Below, piece by piece: positions 1-12,733 of a DNA stretch of 64,000 nucleotides. The notes under the pieces are model-generated. The model had not been told where the DNA came from, ran no database searches, and was given only the letters and a program-made list of their open reading frames with translations. Within the stretch, counting starts at the first letter, position 1. Every line of letters begins with the position of its first letter. This stretch comes from Chiloscyllium plagiosum (Eukaryota). The position numbers and the translations under genes are program-made. The DNA is taken from assembly GCF_004010195.1 (NCBI RefSeq), contig NC_057719.1:33965981-34029980 (forward strand). Direction: 5' to 3'.

Positions 1-296
1 ACACTTAACAAATTCCTCTCCATCTCAACCCTTAACACTATGGCAGTCCCAGTCTATGTTTGGAAAGTTAAAATCCCCTACCATAACCACCCTATTATTC
101 TTACAGATAGCTGAGATCTCCTTACAAATTTGTTTCTCAATTTCCCTCTGACTATTAGGGGGACTAGAATACAATCCTAATAAGGTAATCATCCCTTTCT
201 TATTTCTCAGTTCCACCCAAGTAACTTCCCTGGATGTATTTCCAGGAATATCCTCCCTCAGCACAGCTGTAATGCTATCCCTTATCAAAAATGCCT
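1..296 (-). mobile_element. CR1 LINE ORF2 fragment (APE endonuclease), running off the window start
   Basis: ORF 25..288(-) reads WVELRNKKG..LLGLYSSPPNS..VVMVGDFNFPNIDW, the CR1 endonuclease motif. Confidence 0.9.
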
Positions 297-299
297 TTT

Positions 300-1725
300 G
301 AAAATCTTTTGAGGTTTAGTAACTCATCCTGATCTGGTGATCACATAGCTGTCCGGAGAGGTGGACGTTGTCCCCTGTTGCATTTGTTTGACTACTTGGT
401 TGTTGCGCTACTGGTTGCTGTCATTCCACATCACACATACATCATTGTCAGAATGTTCTTTCCCATTCTCTTCATGCATGACTGATTTGCTGTATATTAA
501 TCAAAGCTGGCTTCTGTTCCTTTTCAAGGGTGCACTATGATCAGTAGCCACTTCTTATGATCTGGTCTGGCTGCGTATGCGAGAAATATTTGCTGGCATG
601 CCCAAGTTACTAACTTTGTATTACTAACTTGCGCACTCCGTCCCATGAGTACTTGTCATAAAATAAGGCAAAGCATTGTGGATGCTGGAGATCTGAAACA
701 ACAACAGAAGTTGCTGGAGAGGCTCAGCAGAGTTAATGTTTCATGTCCATTTACTCTTCTGATGAAATCTTAACCCAGCTTTCTTCTCAAAGATGCGGCC
801 AGACCTGCACAGTTTCTGTAGCAATCTTTGATTTTTTAATTAATTGTGGTATCCACTTTTTTTTAATCTCTTTCATTCTCCTCTGTCTTGGAAGAATGTC
901 CCACTAGAAATTGCTAGACAAGGCTGTTCTCATTTACTTTCCAAGCATAAGTTGTGTTGGGGATGATTCTCCCTTCCCCATTGGTTTTGCACAAAATGCA
1001 GCAATGCAACTTGAAAATCTTGTTTTGTTGCATGACGCATTATTATACTTGATTTGAAAATACATGCCATACGCTCTGCTGGATCATTTCAGCTTATATA
1101 GTGGGATGAAGATGATATAATATGGATCTATCCGTACTCCATAATGTCATGAAATGGTTGCCAGGAATCAGCAGTCCATTGTTAGACACTATAACTATTC
1201 CAGGATACTGAATAAACTAAAATAGTGCTGATTGTGCCAGTAATGGTTGTGTTCACTTTGTTTAACAATGCAAAATTATACAACATAATCTATCACAACG
1301 TTGTCATTTTTGATGCACTATGAATAATTTTGGTTTCACTCAAGTCCAAACGGTGTTGTCGTAGAGGCTTCCTTCATTGCTGGAACAGATACATTTTGGC
1401 ACACTTCATGTCTATATTAACAACTTGTTGAATATCCTGATACATCCCTGACCTATACTCAGGCATATGCTTACCATTGTGTGTTCAAGCCCTGTATGCA
1501 CCTCGTGCAATATGGATTTGCTATCTTACAAAATGCCTTTGGAATTCAGACTTATTTGCCCTTGAAACAAACTTGTCATGAAAGATCACAAGTTCATGTC
1601 TGGATGGACAAAATGAACAAATGTTTTCAGGTATTCTTTAATACTGTCAGGCTATTCCTGGATAATGATTTTTTAAATAGATCTTACAGTTGCTTATCTT
1701 CAGCAGTGTTCAAATTGGCTCTGGT
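300..1725 (-). mobile_element. Degenerate Gypsy/Ty3 pol remnant (integrase and C-terminus)
   Basis: Manual minus-strand translation across frameshifts gives GMYQDIQQVV, VIVSNNG, IHIISSSSHYIS*NDPAERM, ALLHF..SSPTQLMLG, RS*EVATDHSAPLKRNRSQL and TRSG*VTKP. These match the order of Gypsy integrase motifs (SDNG, HITSSPHYPQSNGLAER, SPAELLMGR, RSY..RRNR, TRSGR). Confidence 0.75.
668..835. mobile_element. Old palindromic Penelope-terminus-like element inserted in the Gypsy remnant
   Basis: GATGCTGGAGATCTGAAACAA..GCTGGAGA..CTCAGCAG followed by an imperfect inverted arm (..CCAGACCTGC..AGCAATCTTTG). Same family as 61255-61405 and 62445-62665. Confidence 0.55.
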
Positions 1726-1738
1726 CAAAATATAAAAG

Positions 1739-1941
1739 GAGAAAGTGAGGACTGCAAATGCTGGAGGTCAGAGCTGAAAAAATGTGTTGCTGGAAAAGTG
1801 CAGCAGGTCAGGCAGCGTCCAAGGAGCAGGAGAATCGACGACGTTTCGGGCATAAGAAGGGCTTATGCCCAAAACATCGATTCTCCAGCTCCTTGGATGC
1901 TGCCTGACCTGCTAGGCTTTTCCAGCAACACATTTTTCAGC
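1739..1941. mobile_element. Fold-back Penelope-terminus mini-element with TSD
   Basis: Inverted arms of about 85 bp meet near 1856. Flanking direct repeat TCAAAATA(T/C)AAAAG at 1725-1738 and 1942-1955. The sequence matches the terminus of the Penelope at 33447-35092. Confidence 0.85.
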
Positions 1942-2060
1942 TCAAAATACAAAAGATCAATTTTGAGAATGAATTCAACTTCTAGTCATGAGCATCAATG
2001 TGTAAATCAAAAGGAATATTTTGGTGTTGTGTGGGTTGGATAATTTGCTCAACATTTGCT

Positions 2061-2362
2061 GGCGTGGCATGGTAGCTCCGTGGTTAGCACTGCTGCCTCA
2101 CAGCACCAGGGACACAGGTTCGATTCCAGCCTCAGGTGACTGTCTGTGTAGAGTTTGCACATTCTCCCTGTGCCTGTGTGGGTTTCCTCCTACAGCCCAA
2201 AGATGTGCAGGTCTGGTGAATTGGCCATGCTAAATTGTCCATAGTGTTAGGTACGTTAGTCAGAGGGAAATGGGTTTGGGTGGGTTACTTTTCAGAGGGT
2301 TGGTGTGAACTGGTTGGGCCAAAGGACCTATTTCCACACTGTAGGGAATCAAATCTAATCTA
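2061..2362 (+). mobile_element. HE1-type tRNA-derived V-SINE
   Basis: tRNA-like head (TGGTTAGCACT, GGTTCGATTCC), V-domain GAGTTTGCACATTCTCCC..GGGTTTCCTCC, and a CR1-like 3' end with an (AATCT)n tail. Confidence 0.9.
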
Positions 2363-2414
2363 AAAACATGGAAGATGCAGCCTTCCTGGTAGCCAGTTTA
2401 TTTCTCATGGGTTT

Positions 2415-2770
2415 TTTTTCATTCACACATAGGACATCAAAATCAGTGGCAAGACCAGCATTTACTGACTGTCCCTAGTCACCCTTGAATGGTTGGTTGT
2501 AAGCTGCTGCCTTGAACTGCTGCAATCCATGTGCTGCAGAGGTAGACCCACAATGCCCTTAAGGAGATAAGTCCAGGATTTTAACCCAGCACAGTGAAGT
2601 AACAGTGATAAATTTCCAAGTCAGGATGGTGAGTGTTTTGGAGGGGCACTTGCAGGTGGTGTTGTTCCCATGTACCTGCCGTCCTTGTACTTTTAGATGG
2701 TATGGTCATGAGTATGGAGAATACTGTTTAAGGAGACTTAGTAAATACTTCCACTAATTTGCAGAATTGC
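2415..2770 (-). mobile_element. 3' part of an old LINE family (CR1/L2-like)
   Basis: Reverse-complement similarity to 35400-35487/35745-35830, 37560-37760 and 63480-63615. Confidence 0.55.
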
Positions 2771-2790
2771 GTTGAGGTCTGAGATTTTTT

Positions 2791-2989
2791 TTAGATTAGA
2801 TTACATTACAGTGTGGAAACAGGCCCTTCGGCCCAACAAGTCCACACCGACCCGCCGAAGCGCAACCCACCCATACCCCTACATTTATCCCTTACCTAAC
2901 ACTGTGGGCAATTTAGCATGGCCAATTCACCTGACCTGCACATCTTTGGACTGTGGGAGGAAACCGGAGCACCCGGAGGAAACCCACGC
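2791..2989 (-). mobile_element. 5'-truncated HE1-type SINE
   Basis: (TTAGA)n tail and near identity to 22680-22875. Confidence 0.9.
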
Positions 2990-3816
2990 AGTGTTTCAGC
3001 TTCTCATTAAATATGTTAATTTTCAGAATAATGGTGTTTTTGTCTGATTTCACAAGAATATTTGAATGCTGCTGATCATCACCAAAACTCTGTAACATAA
3101 TTAACACACATGATAAGGTCTCACAGTGATTTTGCTCAGCAGAGTTTTCTTTTTTTGCAGCAGGTATTCCAGGAGACATAAGAATCCTGGTATTTCTCTT
3201 TTCAGGGCTGTAAATGGAGGTGGTCCATAGTTTGTGCATGTCCCTGACCACTTAACTAACTAGCTTCCTGCATTGAAATCAGATTTTAAATTCCCTGATG
3301 TTGGGAACCTAGAATGTCGAGATTAGCCAAGGTAAAAGCAGGTTTGTTTTCAGTGCTTTTCTTTTGAATAGCCAGTGTATCCCTTTTGGAAAGCTGAGAT
3401 AGCATTAAAGATGTGATCTCAGAATACTTTCATGGAAGGGTCAGTCACTTTTGGGGCAGGGATTTGTGAGTGCATTAGGGATCCTTCAGATACTCATCAG
3501 GTGCCAACTGGGGTTGTTAACTGTGGTGAAGACTGTGCAAAATGTGCAATAACACATTAGAACTGTCTAACTTGTCAAGAACTGTCTAGAAATGTTAAAA
3601 AGTCAACTAGTGTTTTTCTAATGAGTGTTTTTCTCAAAACTGTGTAATCTTCAAAATAGAATTTTAAGTAATAGACTGGTACTTTTTCTTCTATGAGTAC
3701 ATCCAGATGTTCAATGAGGTTCCAGATAGCCAAGAGGTAAAAAGTGGTGAATGGATGTCAGTGCAAAATTAGCATAGTTGTAAGAGGGGACAATGGGTAG
3801 AGGACATTATGTTAAC

Positions 3817-4792
3817 CATAAGACCATAAGACACAGGAGTGGAAGCAAGGCCATTCGGCCCATCGAGTCCATTCTGCCATTGAATCATAGCTGATGGGCA
3901 TTTCAACTCCACTTACCCACACTCTCCCTGTAGCCCTTAATTCCTTGAGAGTTCAAGAATTTATCAATCTTTGTCATGAAGACATTTAACATCCCAGCCT
4001 CCACTGCTCTCTGTGGCAATGAATTCCACAGGCCCATTACTCTCTGGCTGAAGAAATGTCTCCTTATTTCTGTTCTAAATTGACCCCCTCTAATTCTAAG
4101 GCTGTGCCCACAGATCCTAGTCTGCCCACCTAACAGAAACAACTTCCCAGTGTCCACCCTTTCTAAACCATGCATTATCTTGCAAGGATCTATTAGATCT
4201 CCCCTCAACTTTCTAAACTCTAACGAATACAATCCCAGGATCCTCAGCCGTTCATTGTATTTTAGGCCTACCATTCCAGGGATCATCCATGTGAATCTCT
4301 GCTGGACATGCTCCAGTGCCAATATATCCTTCCTGAGATGTGGGGCCCAAAATTGGACACAGTATAGGCCTAACTAGAGCTTTATAAAGTCTCAGAAGCA
4401 CACCACTGCTTTTATACTCCAACCTTCTTGAGATAAATAACAACATTACATTCGATTTCTTAATCACGGACTCAATCTGCAAGTCAACCTTTAGAGAATC
4501 CTGGACTAGCACTCCCAGATTCTTTTATACTTTGGCTTTATGAAATTTTTCACTGTTTAGTAATTAGTCCATGCCTGTATTCTTTTTTCCAAAGTGCAAG
4601 ACCTCGCATTTGCTCACATTGAATTTCATCAGCCATTTTCTGGACCACTCTCCTAAACTGTCTAGATCCTTCTGTAGCCTCCCCACCTCCTCAGTACTAT
4701 CTGCCTGTCCGCCTAACTTCGTATCTTCGGCGAACTTCGCCAGAATGCCCCCAGTCCCTTCATCCAGATCATTGATATATAAAGTAAACAAA
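3817..4792 (-). mobile_element. CR1 LINE 3' fragment (RT C-terminus and 3' UTR)
   Basis: ORFs FTLYINDLDEG..KFAEDTKLGG..MKFNVSKCEVLHFG and RGDLI..FFSQRVMGLWNSLP. (CCATAAGA)n tail at 3817. Confidence 0.95.
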
Positions 4793-5924
4793 GTAAACTA
4801 GTTTGATATGGATACAGCATGGTGAATGTGGATGAGGGGGCCAATGAGGAAGAAGGGCTGAAGGAATATTTTATATTTCACCCCTTTTAGGAGAAGTAAG
4901 GTACCCTTCTGGTCCCAGGATATTTCTGGGGTGGATGTAAGGTGACTCCCAAAGGGGGAGGGGAGATATCAATTGGGGTTGTGAAAAGACATGACTGTGC
5001 GTAAAATGTGTATAAACTCTTTGGGATTACCAACTATATAAATGCAACTGTCCATTAAAAAATCAAGTTTAAAAAGAAACTAGATATTTCACTGTTTGTT
5101 CAATTAAAGCCGTAATAGGATTTGTGCTGCATGACTGATTACTCAAACATGATTTTTGTAACAAGCTGCCTATACAATGAACATTTTGTTGGATAGTGCT
5201 AACTGTTTGTTAAATGGAAACCTTAGTTGATATAAAGGATTAAGCATTGAACAGCCAGGTGTTTGTTTCCTTAAAGGATTAGTTGAAGGAGTTTCAATGT
5301 ACTACTCTTTTCATTCAATGATTGCATATTTTTTCAATAATAGCATCACCAGTAGACACCATCAGCATGCCTGCTGAAGTTTGCGCATGATGGATACCAG
5401 GTTGGTTGGCTTGGAGAGAGAAGGCAAAGGGTGGAGAGGGTTTGAGTTAGCATTTGACCACAGGGATGATTGGGGACATAGTGTCACATAGGGGTGTGGG
5501 GGACAATGGACAATTGGTGTATGGATGGGTCATGGGGATTGTGGGGATAAATGGGCAGAAATGAACAAGATGGAGGTTTTATGTTTTAATCTTTATTTGT
5601 AAACTTTGATCACCAGTGCTGAGCCCCGAAGGCAGGCTTTCTGTCCAGCTGCATCACAAACGGACTATTTCTCAGGTTCTTCCCAGATTGCCTGCTGGAC
5701 TCCAAATCCCACGGACCACCTTGCAGAAGTGCAGGAGGCCATATTTGAAAGATTGGGTTCATGGGTCTGGATTTTTCCCTCTCCCACTCCCACCAGAACA
5801 TAAAGCATGATTTAACTATGAAAGCAAGCGCAAAAGCAAGAGGGACGTCTGCTCAGTGGCAGCTCTGATTTTCCTGCATCATTGCATTCTTCTCAGCTCT
5901 CTTACACACCTCACATTTAAAAAT

Positions 5925-6165
5925 ACCAGGCAAAAAGCAGCACCAACATTTTAGTGATGCCTCCCTGGAGATTCTCCTCAAAGCTGTCCAGGAGCGAAAG
6001 GAAGTTTTTTTTCCTGATGAGTGGGAATAAGAGACCATCTTGACTGACAAAGGTCAGCCTTGACAGAGGTGATTGCAGAATTCAGCATCTCTGAGTAGCT
6101 CAAGAGAACCTGTCTCCAGTGCCACAAAAGGATGAATGCAGTGCTATGCTCTGTCATGGTATATA
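5925..6165 (+). mobile_element. Harbinger/PIF Myb/SANT-like (ORF1) fossil
   Basis: Manual translation with stops and frameshift: FSDASLEILLKAVQERKEVFFP..EVIAEFS..RTCLQCHKRMN, resembling the Myb/SANT-like protein of Harbinger transposons (NAIF1-like). Confidence 0.7.
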
Positions 6166-6347
6166 CCACTGTCTACTCAATGCTTCATGTTCCAAGGAGA
6201 GAGAGTTATCTTTATAAAGTCATCACTGCTGATGACTGTCACATAGAAGGTTGGGTTCCTGACATTTCTGTCAGATACCTCGTGTAATGAATATCTGTCC
6301 CTTCACTGCAGCTACTAATGGAATATTACTGGCACTACAGTAATACT

Positions 6348-6476
6348 AGGAGAAAGTGAGGACTGCAGATGCTGGAGATCAGAGCTGAAAATGTGTTGCT
6401 GGAAAAGCGCAGCAGGTCAGGCAGCATCCAAGGAGCAGGAGAATCGACATTTCAGGCATGAGCCCTTCTTCTGGAA
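6348..6476 (-). mobile_element. Penelope-terminus mini-element with TSD
   Basis: 12 bp direct repeat TACAGTAATACT at 6336-6347 and 6477-6488. Degenerate hammerhead core on the minus strand (CAGAAGA-A-GGGCTCATGCCT-GAAATGTC). Confidence 0.85.
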
Positions 6477-6861
6477 TACAGTAATACTGCCACCCACATA
6501 ATCTGTCAGGATTCACACTTAAAACATTAAAGGAGCTACAACAATCAGCAACTCACTCACCAGCAGGTCATTGACCTCCATCACACCCAGAAGAATGTAT
6601 ACATCTGGTACTTTTTTTAAAAGCTTGTACTGAACAAGGACACAATTACAAAGGATGTTTTTTTTTCAGTTTCAGTTCTGCCTCGCTGTCCTGGTCAGCT
6701 TTGTTGGCATCAATTTGGGCAGGTTTGCTGACCAATCAGACTCCCTTCACCCCCATCCCCACCATCTCCACCCTCCCCACCCTCAACATTAAATGTCAAA
6801 CAAGCCATGTAAAATTGAGCTGATTAATAGAGATGGGCTTCACCTCTAACACAAAGCATTT

Positions 6862-8360
6862 AGAGAAATAGAGTCATAGAAATGTAGAGCACAGAAACAG
6901 ACCCTTCGGTCCAACTCGTCCATGCCGACCAGATATCCTAAATTAATCTTGTCCCATTTGCCAACATGTGGCTCATATTCCTTGAAACCCTTTCTATTCA
7001 TTAACCATCCAGATGCCTTTTAAATGTTGTAATTTTACTAGCCTCCACTACTTCCTCATTACATGCACACACCACCCTCTGCATGAAAAGGTTGTCCTTT
7101 AGGTCCCTTTTAAATCTTTCCCCCTCACCTTAAACATATGCCCTCTCATTTTCCCCTCCCATCCCAGGGTAAAGACCTTGTCTATTTACCCTATCAATGC
7201 TCCTCATGATTTTTTAAACCTCAATAAGATCACCCCTCAGCCTACAGCGCTCCAGGGAAAATATCCCCAGTCTATTCAGCCTCTCCCTATAGCTCAAACC
7301 CTCCAACCCTGACAACATTCTAGTCATTTCTTTCCCAACCCTTTCAAGTTTCACAACATCCTTCCGAAAGAAGGGAGACCATAACTGCACACAGTATTCC
7401 AAAAGTGGCCTAACCAATGTCCTGTACAGTTGCAACATGACCTCCCAACTCCTATACTCAATGCACTGACCAATAAGGTCAAGCATACTAAAGGCCTTCT
7501 TCACTATCCTATCTACCTGTGATTCCACTTCTAAGGAACTATGAACTTGCACTCCAAGGTCTCTTTGTTCAGCAACACTCCCCAGGACCTTATCATTAAG
7601 TGTGTACATCCTGCCCTGATTTGCCTCTCCAAAATGCACCACCTCCCATTTATCTAAATTAAACTCCATCTGCCACTCCTTGGCCCATTGACCCATCTGA
7701 TCAAGATCCCGTTGTACTCTGAGGTAACCTTCTTCGCTATCCACTGCACCTCCAATTTTGGTGACATCTGCAAACTTGCTAACACTAACTCCCATGTTCA
7801 CAATAAAATCATTTATAGAAATAATGAAAAGTAGTGGACCCAGCACCAATCCTTGTGGCACATTGCTGGTCACAGGCCTCCAGTCTGAAAAGCAATCCTC
7901 CACCACCACCTTCTGTCTTCTACTTTCAAACAAGTTCATATCCAAATTGTTCGTTCTCCCTCTATTCCGTGTGATCTAACCTTGCTAACTAGTCTACCAT
8001 GAGGAGCCTTGTCAAGCGCCTTATTGAAGTCCTTATAGATCATGTCCACTTCTCTACCCTCATCAATCCACTTTGTTACTTCTTCAAAAAACTCAATCAT
8101 GTTCATGAGACATGATTTCCCATGCGTAACACCATGTTGACTATCCCTAATAAGTCTTTGCCTTTCCAAATACATGTGAATCCTGTCCATCAGGATTCCT
8201 TCCAACAACTTGCCCACCACTGATGTCAGGCTCACCGGTCTATAGTTCCCTGGCTTTTCTTTACCATCTTAAATAGTGGCACTGCATTAGACAACCTCTA
8301 GTCTTCCCCCACCTCGACTGTGGCTATCGCTGATACAAATACCTCAGCAAGGGGCCCAAC
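6862..8360 (-). mobile_element. CR1 LINE 3' half (RT domain), frameshifted
   Basis: ORFs 7936..8235 and 7214..7945(-): SLTSVVGKLLE, DFNKALDKAPHGRL, VPQGLVLGPLLFII, KFADVTKIGG, RGDLIEV. Tail at about 6862. Confidence 0.95.
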
Positions 8361-8867
8361 AAAGGAGCAACCTTTTAAGATCATAGAGTCATCCAGCACT
8401 TAAAAAGCCCTTTGGTCAGTGCAGGCTCTGTGGGCCAATGTACACCAATCCCACTTTTCTCGATATTTTTGTTGTGAAGAAGTCCCATAGACTGAGCTGT
8501 TCATGAGTATCCAAAGGCATACTAATGAATACAAACAGGTTGTTGACCATGAAGGTCAGGAAAACCAACCTGCCTGAAAAGATCTGAGAATGTCATAGCA
8601 AACTTTAACCCATTACCAAGAAAGATTCTTTTATAGACCGGGTGGGAGTGAAAAATCATGTCCACTCTTTCCAAGGACAATTCCTTTTAAATACTTATAA
8701 ATTTTAGTAGGTGTTCATGTTAACATTGGAATATTGATTTTATGTATGCAACTATTAGATTTTTGGGTCTTAAACTGTCTAATGTAAGTCTCATTGTCAA
8801 CTTAATTGACGTCTTAAAAGGAAAATTCTCAGCATAGGACCATTGCTGGTGTAATTATTTACCATGC

Positions 8868-8934
8868 TGAAAATGTGTTGCTGGAAAAGCGCAGCAGGTC
8901 AGGCAGCATCCAGGGAACAGGAGAATCGACGTTC
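8868..8934 (-). mobile_element. Very short Penelope-terminus insert
   Basis: TGAAAATGTGTTGCTGGAAAAGCGCAGCAGG..GAGAATCGACGTT flanked by CCATGC on both sides. Confidence 0.75.
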
Positions 8935-9594
8935 CCATGCCTAGTTGTTTTTGAGATGATGATGGTGCACTCCCATTCTTGAATCACCGTCTTATCCTGG
9001 CAGCAAGGAGCTAACAGCAAAATATCTCAAAGTTATCACTATCAAAAGTTTATGAATTCAACAGCAACTTGGATGCTGTCAAATTAGGCAAAAGTAACTT
9101 TTACAATCGGTTCGAGTATAATAAAAGAAAAGAGCAGAAGGAAGCAATGTCTTGAATTAAAACAAAACTTCGTCAAGAAATAGAATTCAGTAAAATAACA
9201 AGGATATGATGACATATGACCCAATGTCCTTGGGCCTTCTTGAAGAATCCTTAGCTCTATTTAAACCTTCCTTAGTATATTTATTTAAAACTATTGGTTG
9301 TTGTATCGGTCCATAACAATAAAAGGATATAGCCAAAAAATAACAAATGGGATTATATCAGTGTCTGATTTGTGGTTGCATTAAGATATTTGCTGCCATA
9401 TATACCATACCAACAGGTGTATGCAGCACTAATGCATACAAACTATAGTCTTGCCCAAAAGAGTTTCAAGCAGAAAAAAGACCATCAACACTACTTTCTG
9501 CACAAATCCTATCCCAAAGCATTTAACAACAGGCATTCCTTCATTTTTCAAATCTGTAACACACCATCTGTACATTATCTCCCAAAGTAATAAT

Positions 9595-10490
9595 AATACT
9601 AAGCTGCGGAAATTGTGAATTGTGAGGATGACACTGAGCAGCTTCACAGGAACATTGACAAGTTGCCCAAAATGGGCAGACACCTGGCAGATAAATTTCA
9701 ATGCAGAAAAATGTGAAATAAGGCATTTTGGTAAAAGAAGCATGGAGGGACAATATAAGCTCAATGGTCTGACTTTTTAAGGGGAGTACAAGAGCAAATG
9801 GACCTCGTGGTCACATGCATGAGTCTCTGAAGGTGGCAAGGGTAGTTGGAGCAGAAAGTTTCAGAAAGTTGTTAAGAAGGCTTGTAGGATCTTTTGTTTG
9901 ATAAATACAGTATAAAAGCAAGGAAGAAATGCTTTAGCTCCTCAAATTATTGGTTAATATTGAACTATTTGGAGTATTGCATTCAGTCCTTGGCATCTTA
10001 TTTAAGGAAGAATGTGAAAGCAAAGAAGATTTTCTGGAATGTTACCAGGAATGAGGGATTTTAGATACAAGGCAAGATTGGAGAAAATGGATTTATTCTC
10101 CTTGAAGCAGAGAGAGTTAAGAGGTGGCCTTATTGTCCTTATGAACAATTTTGACAGGGTAAAGAAGGGTGTTAGGTTTCCACTAGTTGGTATGTCAGTA
10201 ACTAGGGGTCACAATTTCAAGATTGTCAGCAAAACAACTAGCAGTGAGATGAGGACAAACATCTTTCCTCTGAGTTATTTTTACTTTGAATGCACTGCCT
10301 GAGAGGGTAGTGGAGGTGCGTCCCACAGGATGTTTCAAAGAGAGTAGGATATTTGGAAGTGAGGGATTTAGGAGGCTATGGAGGAGACAGGACTGGAGAA
10401 TGGCATTAGCTAGATATCCTCTTTCAGGAGTAATACAGCCACAATGGATGATTGGCCTCCTTCTGTCCTGTAAAATTCTACGATTCTTTA
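9595..10490 (+). mobile_element. Old CR1 LINE 3' fragment
   Basis: KWADTWQINFNAEKCEIRHFG and ORF 10039..10302 (MLPGMRDFRY..LFSLKQRELRGGLI..TRGHNFKI). Confidence 0.85.
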
Positions 10491-10564
10491 ACCTACTGTT
10501 ATTTTAATATAAAGTAGTAAACCAATAAAGAAACCTTTAAATTATTTCATCCTAGATGGTTAAA

Positions 10565-10943
10565 ATCTCACTTTTTAGATTAGAATCAATCTAAACATCA
10601 TGGCATAGACAGAGAACATAAGGGGCTAGCACCTTCAACATATTGTCTAGCTATCACCATTGTTAACAGCTAACCCGAGAATGCAACTTTAAAAAAAAGG
10701 TTTTGTGATTTACACATGAAAGAAGTGAAACTATCACTGTATTCTAACAGATGAAAGGCTTAACAGACAATCAATTTTTCAATGTATAATTTCAGTTACA
10801 TCACACTGTAAATTTTTGCTATAAATTCTGAGTTACGATCGAGCCCTCCACTATCATCTGATGAAGGAGCATCGCTCCGAAAGCTAGTGTGCTTCCAATT
10901 AAACCTGTTGGACTATAACCTGGTGTTGTGTGATTTTTAACTT
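10565..10943 (+). mobile_element. Penelope-like non-coding 3' terminus (family B) with 12 bp TSD
   Basis: TAGATGGTTAAA at 10553-10564 and 10944-10955. Contains a hammerhead motif. A degenerate relative lies at 63393-63477. Confidence 0.75.
10855..10889 (+). ncRNA. Minimal type I hammerhead ribozyme motif (intact core)
   Basis: CAT-CTGATGA-A-GGAGC-ATC-GCTCC-GAAA-GC-TA-GTG: conserved CUGANGA and GAAA boxes, perfect 5 bp stem II, short stem I (CAT/GTG) and a near-palindromic reduced stem III. Confidence 0.75.
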
Positions 10944-11959
10944 TAGATGGTTAAAGATTGCAATAAAGGGCACTGGTGTCAATTTTCCAGATTTTTTCAC
11001 TAATTACCTACACAATGTTTAATATTGCTTTCAATAATGTACATGCAGTTTATAAAGATGCATTTACTATTTCTACAATTAATGAGGTCTTTATATTCCA
11101 TGATTAGTTCTAACAATTCACCATCCTTATTTTTAAAATGGCTGTAAATGAAGAGTGGTTATCATCTAATGTGCTTACTAAATCAAAATACAATGAATAA
11201 ATGGATTAACTAGCCCATTTTATTACACTTTCAACTGGAACATAGTCACTAGCAGCAATAAAAAAAGTCAAATATGATTCCAGCAAGGAAAAATAAGCAG
11301 ACTTGTGGGTTTGAGGTTCACAACAAGTGAGAATTCTAGTAGGTCCTGCAATTGATTAATTAGCTCTCTTTCAAAATTGGCATCCTGTCAGGATCTTGAA
11401 GCAAACTACTGCATATGCTGCAATTAGCTTTCCCTATGGAACTGGACAAATGACGGTATTCCAAAAGCAGGTCTACAGAGAATTGATTTGGTTAATTATG
11501 CAGCCTCGAGGCTTATGCACTCAACTGATGATTCTTGTAACTTACCAGGTTCAAAGTTTATAATGATCAAAAGTGTTTAGTCTATTAATGTGGACAGCAC
11601 CAAAAACATGTCTAGAAAGCAAATAATAGCACATTATGGCTAAAAGGCAACTGACTATCAAATGGTTGGTAGATGAGCATTGTTTGACTTGAGTTAGCAA
11701 CGATACAGCTAAGTAAGTTAGGATATCAGTCAATTTGATAAGAATCAGTAAATTGAGCATGCATTTGGCCTTCAAGCTAAACTGCCTGACAAATTTGTCT
11801 TTCGTTTAGTGATTTTCTAATTTATAGTTTCATCTCATTCTTGTGAACTGAATTATTTATTTCCTGTGTAAATTTTTGAGCTTCCATACCCTGATGGAGC
11901 ATCAGGCACATCAGTAAATTTGGGCATGCTGCCTTTGTTTTTCTAACACATGTTGTTGG

Positions 11960-12560
11960 AATGAATTTTAAATTCCAGTGCAGCATCTGACAAAATATTT
12001 GCTAAGGTACATGAGCCATCAGGTGCAAGGTGGACTGACTCTTCATTAGACGAGGTACTGAATGCAAAAACAGGGGCGTAATGCTCGACCCATGTAAAAA
12101 CACTGGCTAGGCCCCAGCTGTGGTTTCATGCACTTTACAAAAGGACACAATTGGCCTTGAGTTAATACAGAGAAGATTGACAAGAATATGACTACGTCTT
12201 GAAAATTACAACGGAGGCAAGATTGAATAGGTTAGTGCTGTTTTCCTTAGAATAGAGGAGTCTGAGGAATGACTTAATTGAAGTGTACAAAATTGTGATG
12301 AGAGTGGGCATTGCTTCACCTGGTGGAGAGGTCAATTTCCAGGGAGCACAGAGTTCAAGTGTATGATAGAGGATTAGAAAGAACATGAGAAAAAATGTTT
12401 TCATCCAGAGAGGAAGTGTGTGGCTAGAATCACTGCTCAGTTCGGTGGCAGTAACCATTGATTCATTTAGATGTGTACCTGAAATTCTGAATGGTTAGTT
12501 TATTCAGGCAGTGCAGACATGATGGGTTGAATAGTCTCTTTCTGCCAATAACATTTCTAT
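11960..12560 (+). mobile_element. Old CR1 LINE 3' fragment
   Basis: RLNRLVLFSLE*RSLRNDLIEVYKIV and FFIQRG..WLESL remnants, plus a CR1-like tail. Confidence 0.75.
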
Positions 12561-12733
12561 TATTTTGTTAATGGTGAACTTAATCACTGGGCACCCAGAA
12601 AATTGATATTTGATCCATTGCTACTAGACAGCATCTCAAACTGCTTCCAGTTGATATTAGTAACATAACTAAAGATCATCTTGCAAAAATAATAAAAATG
12701 TGAAAATAGGGAAACTGGTTAAAAAGAGATGCT

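Noticed and set aside
8460..9590. Possible decayed coding sequence
   Set aside because: I could not recover any recognisable motif on either strand.
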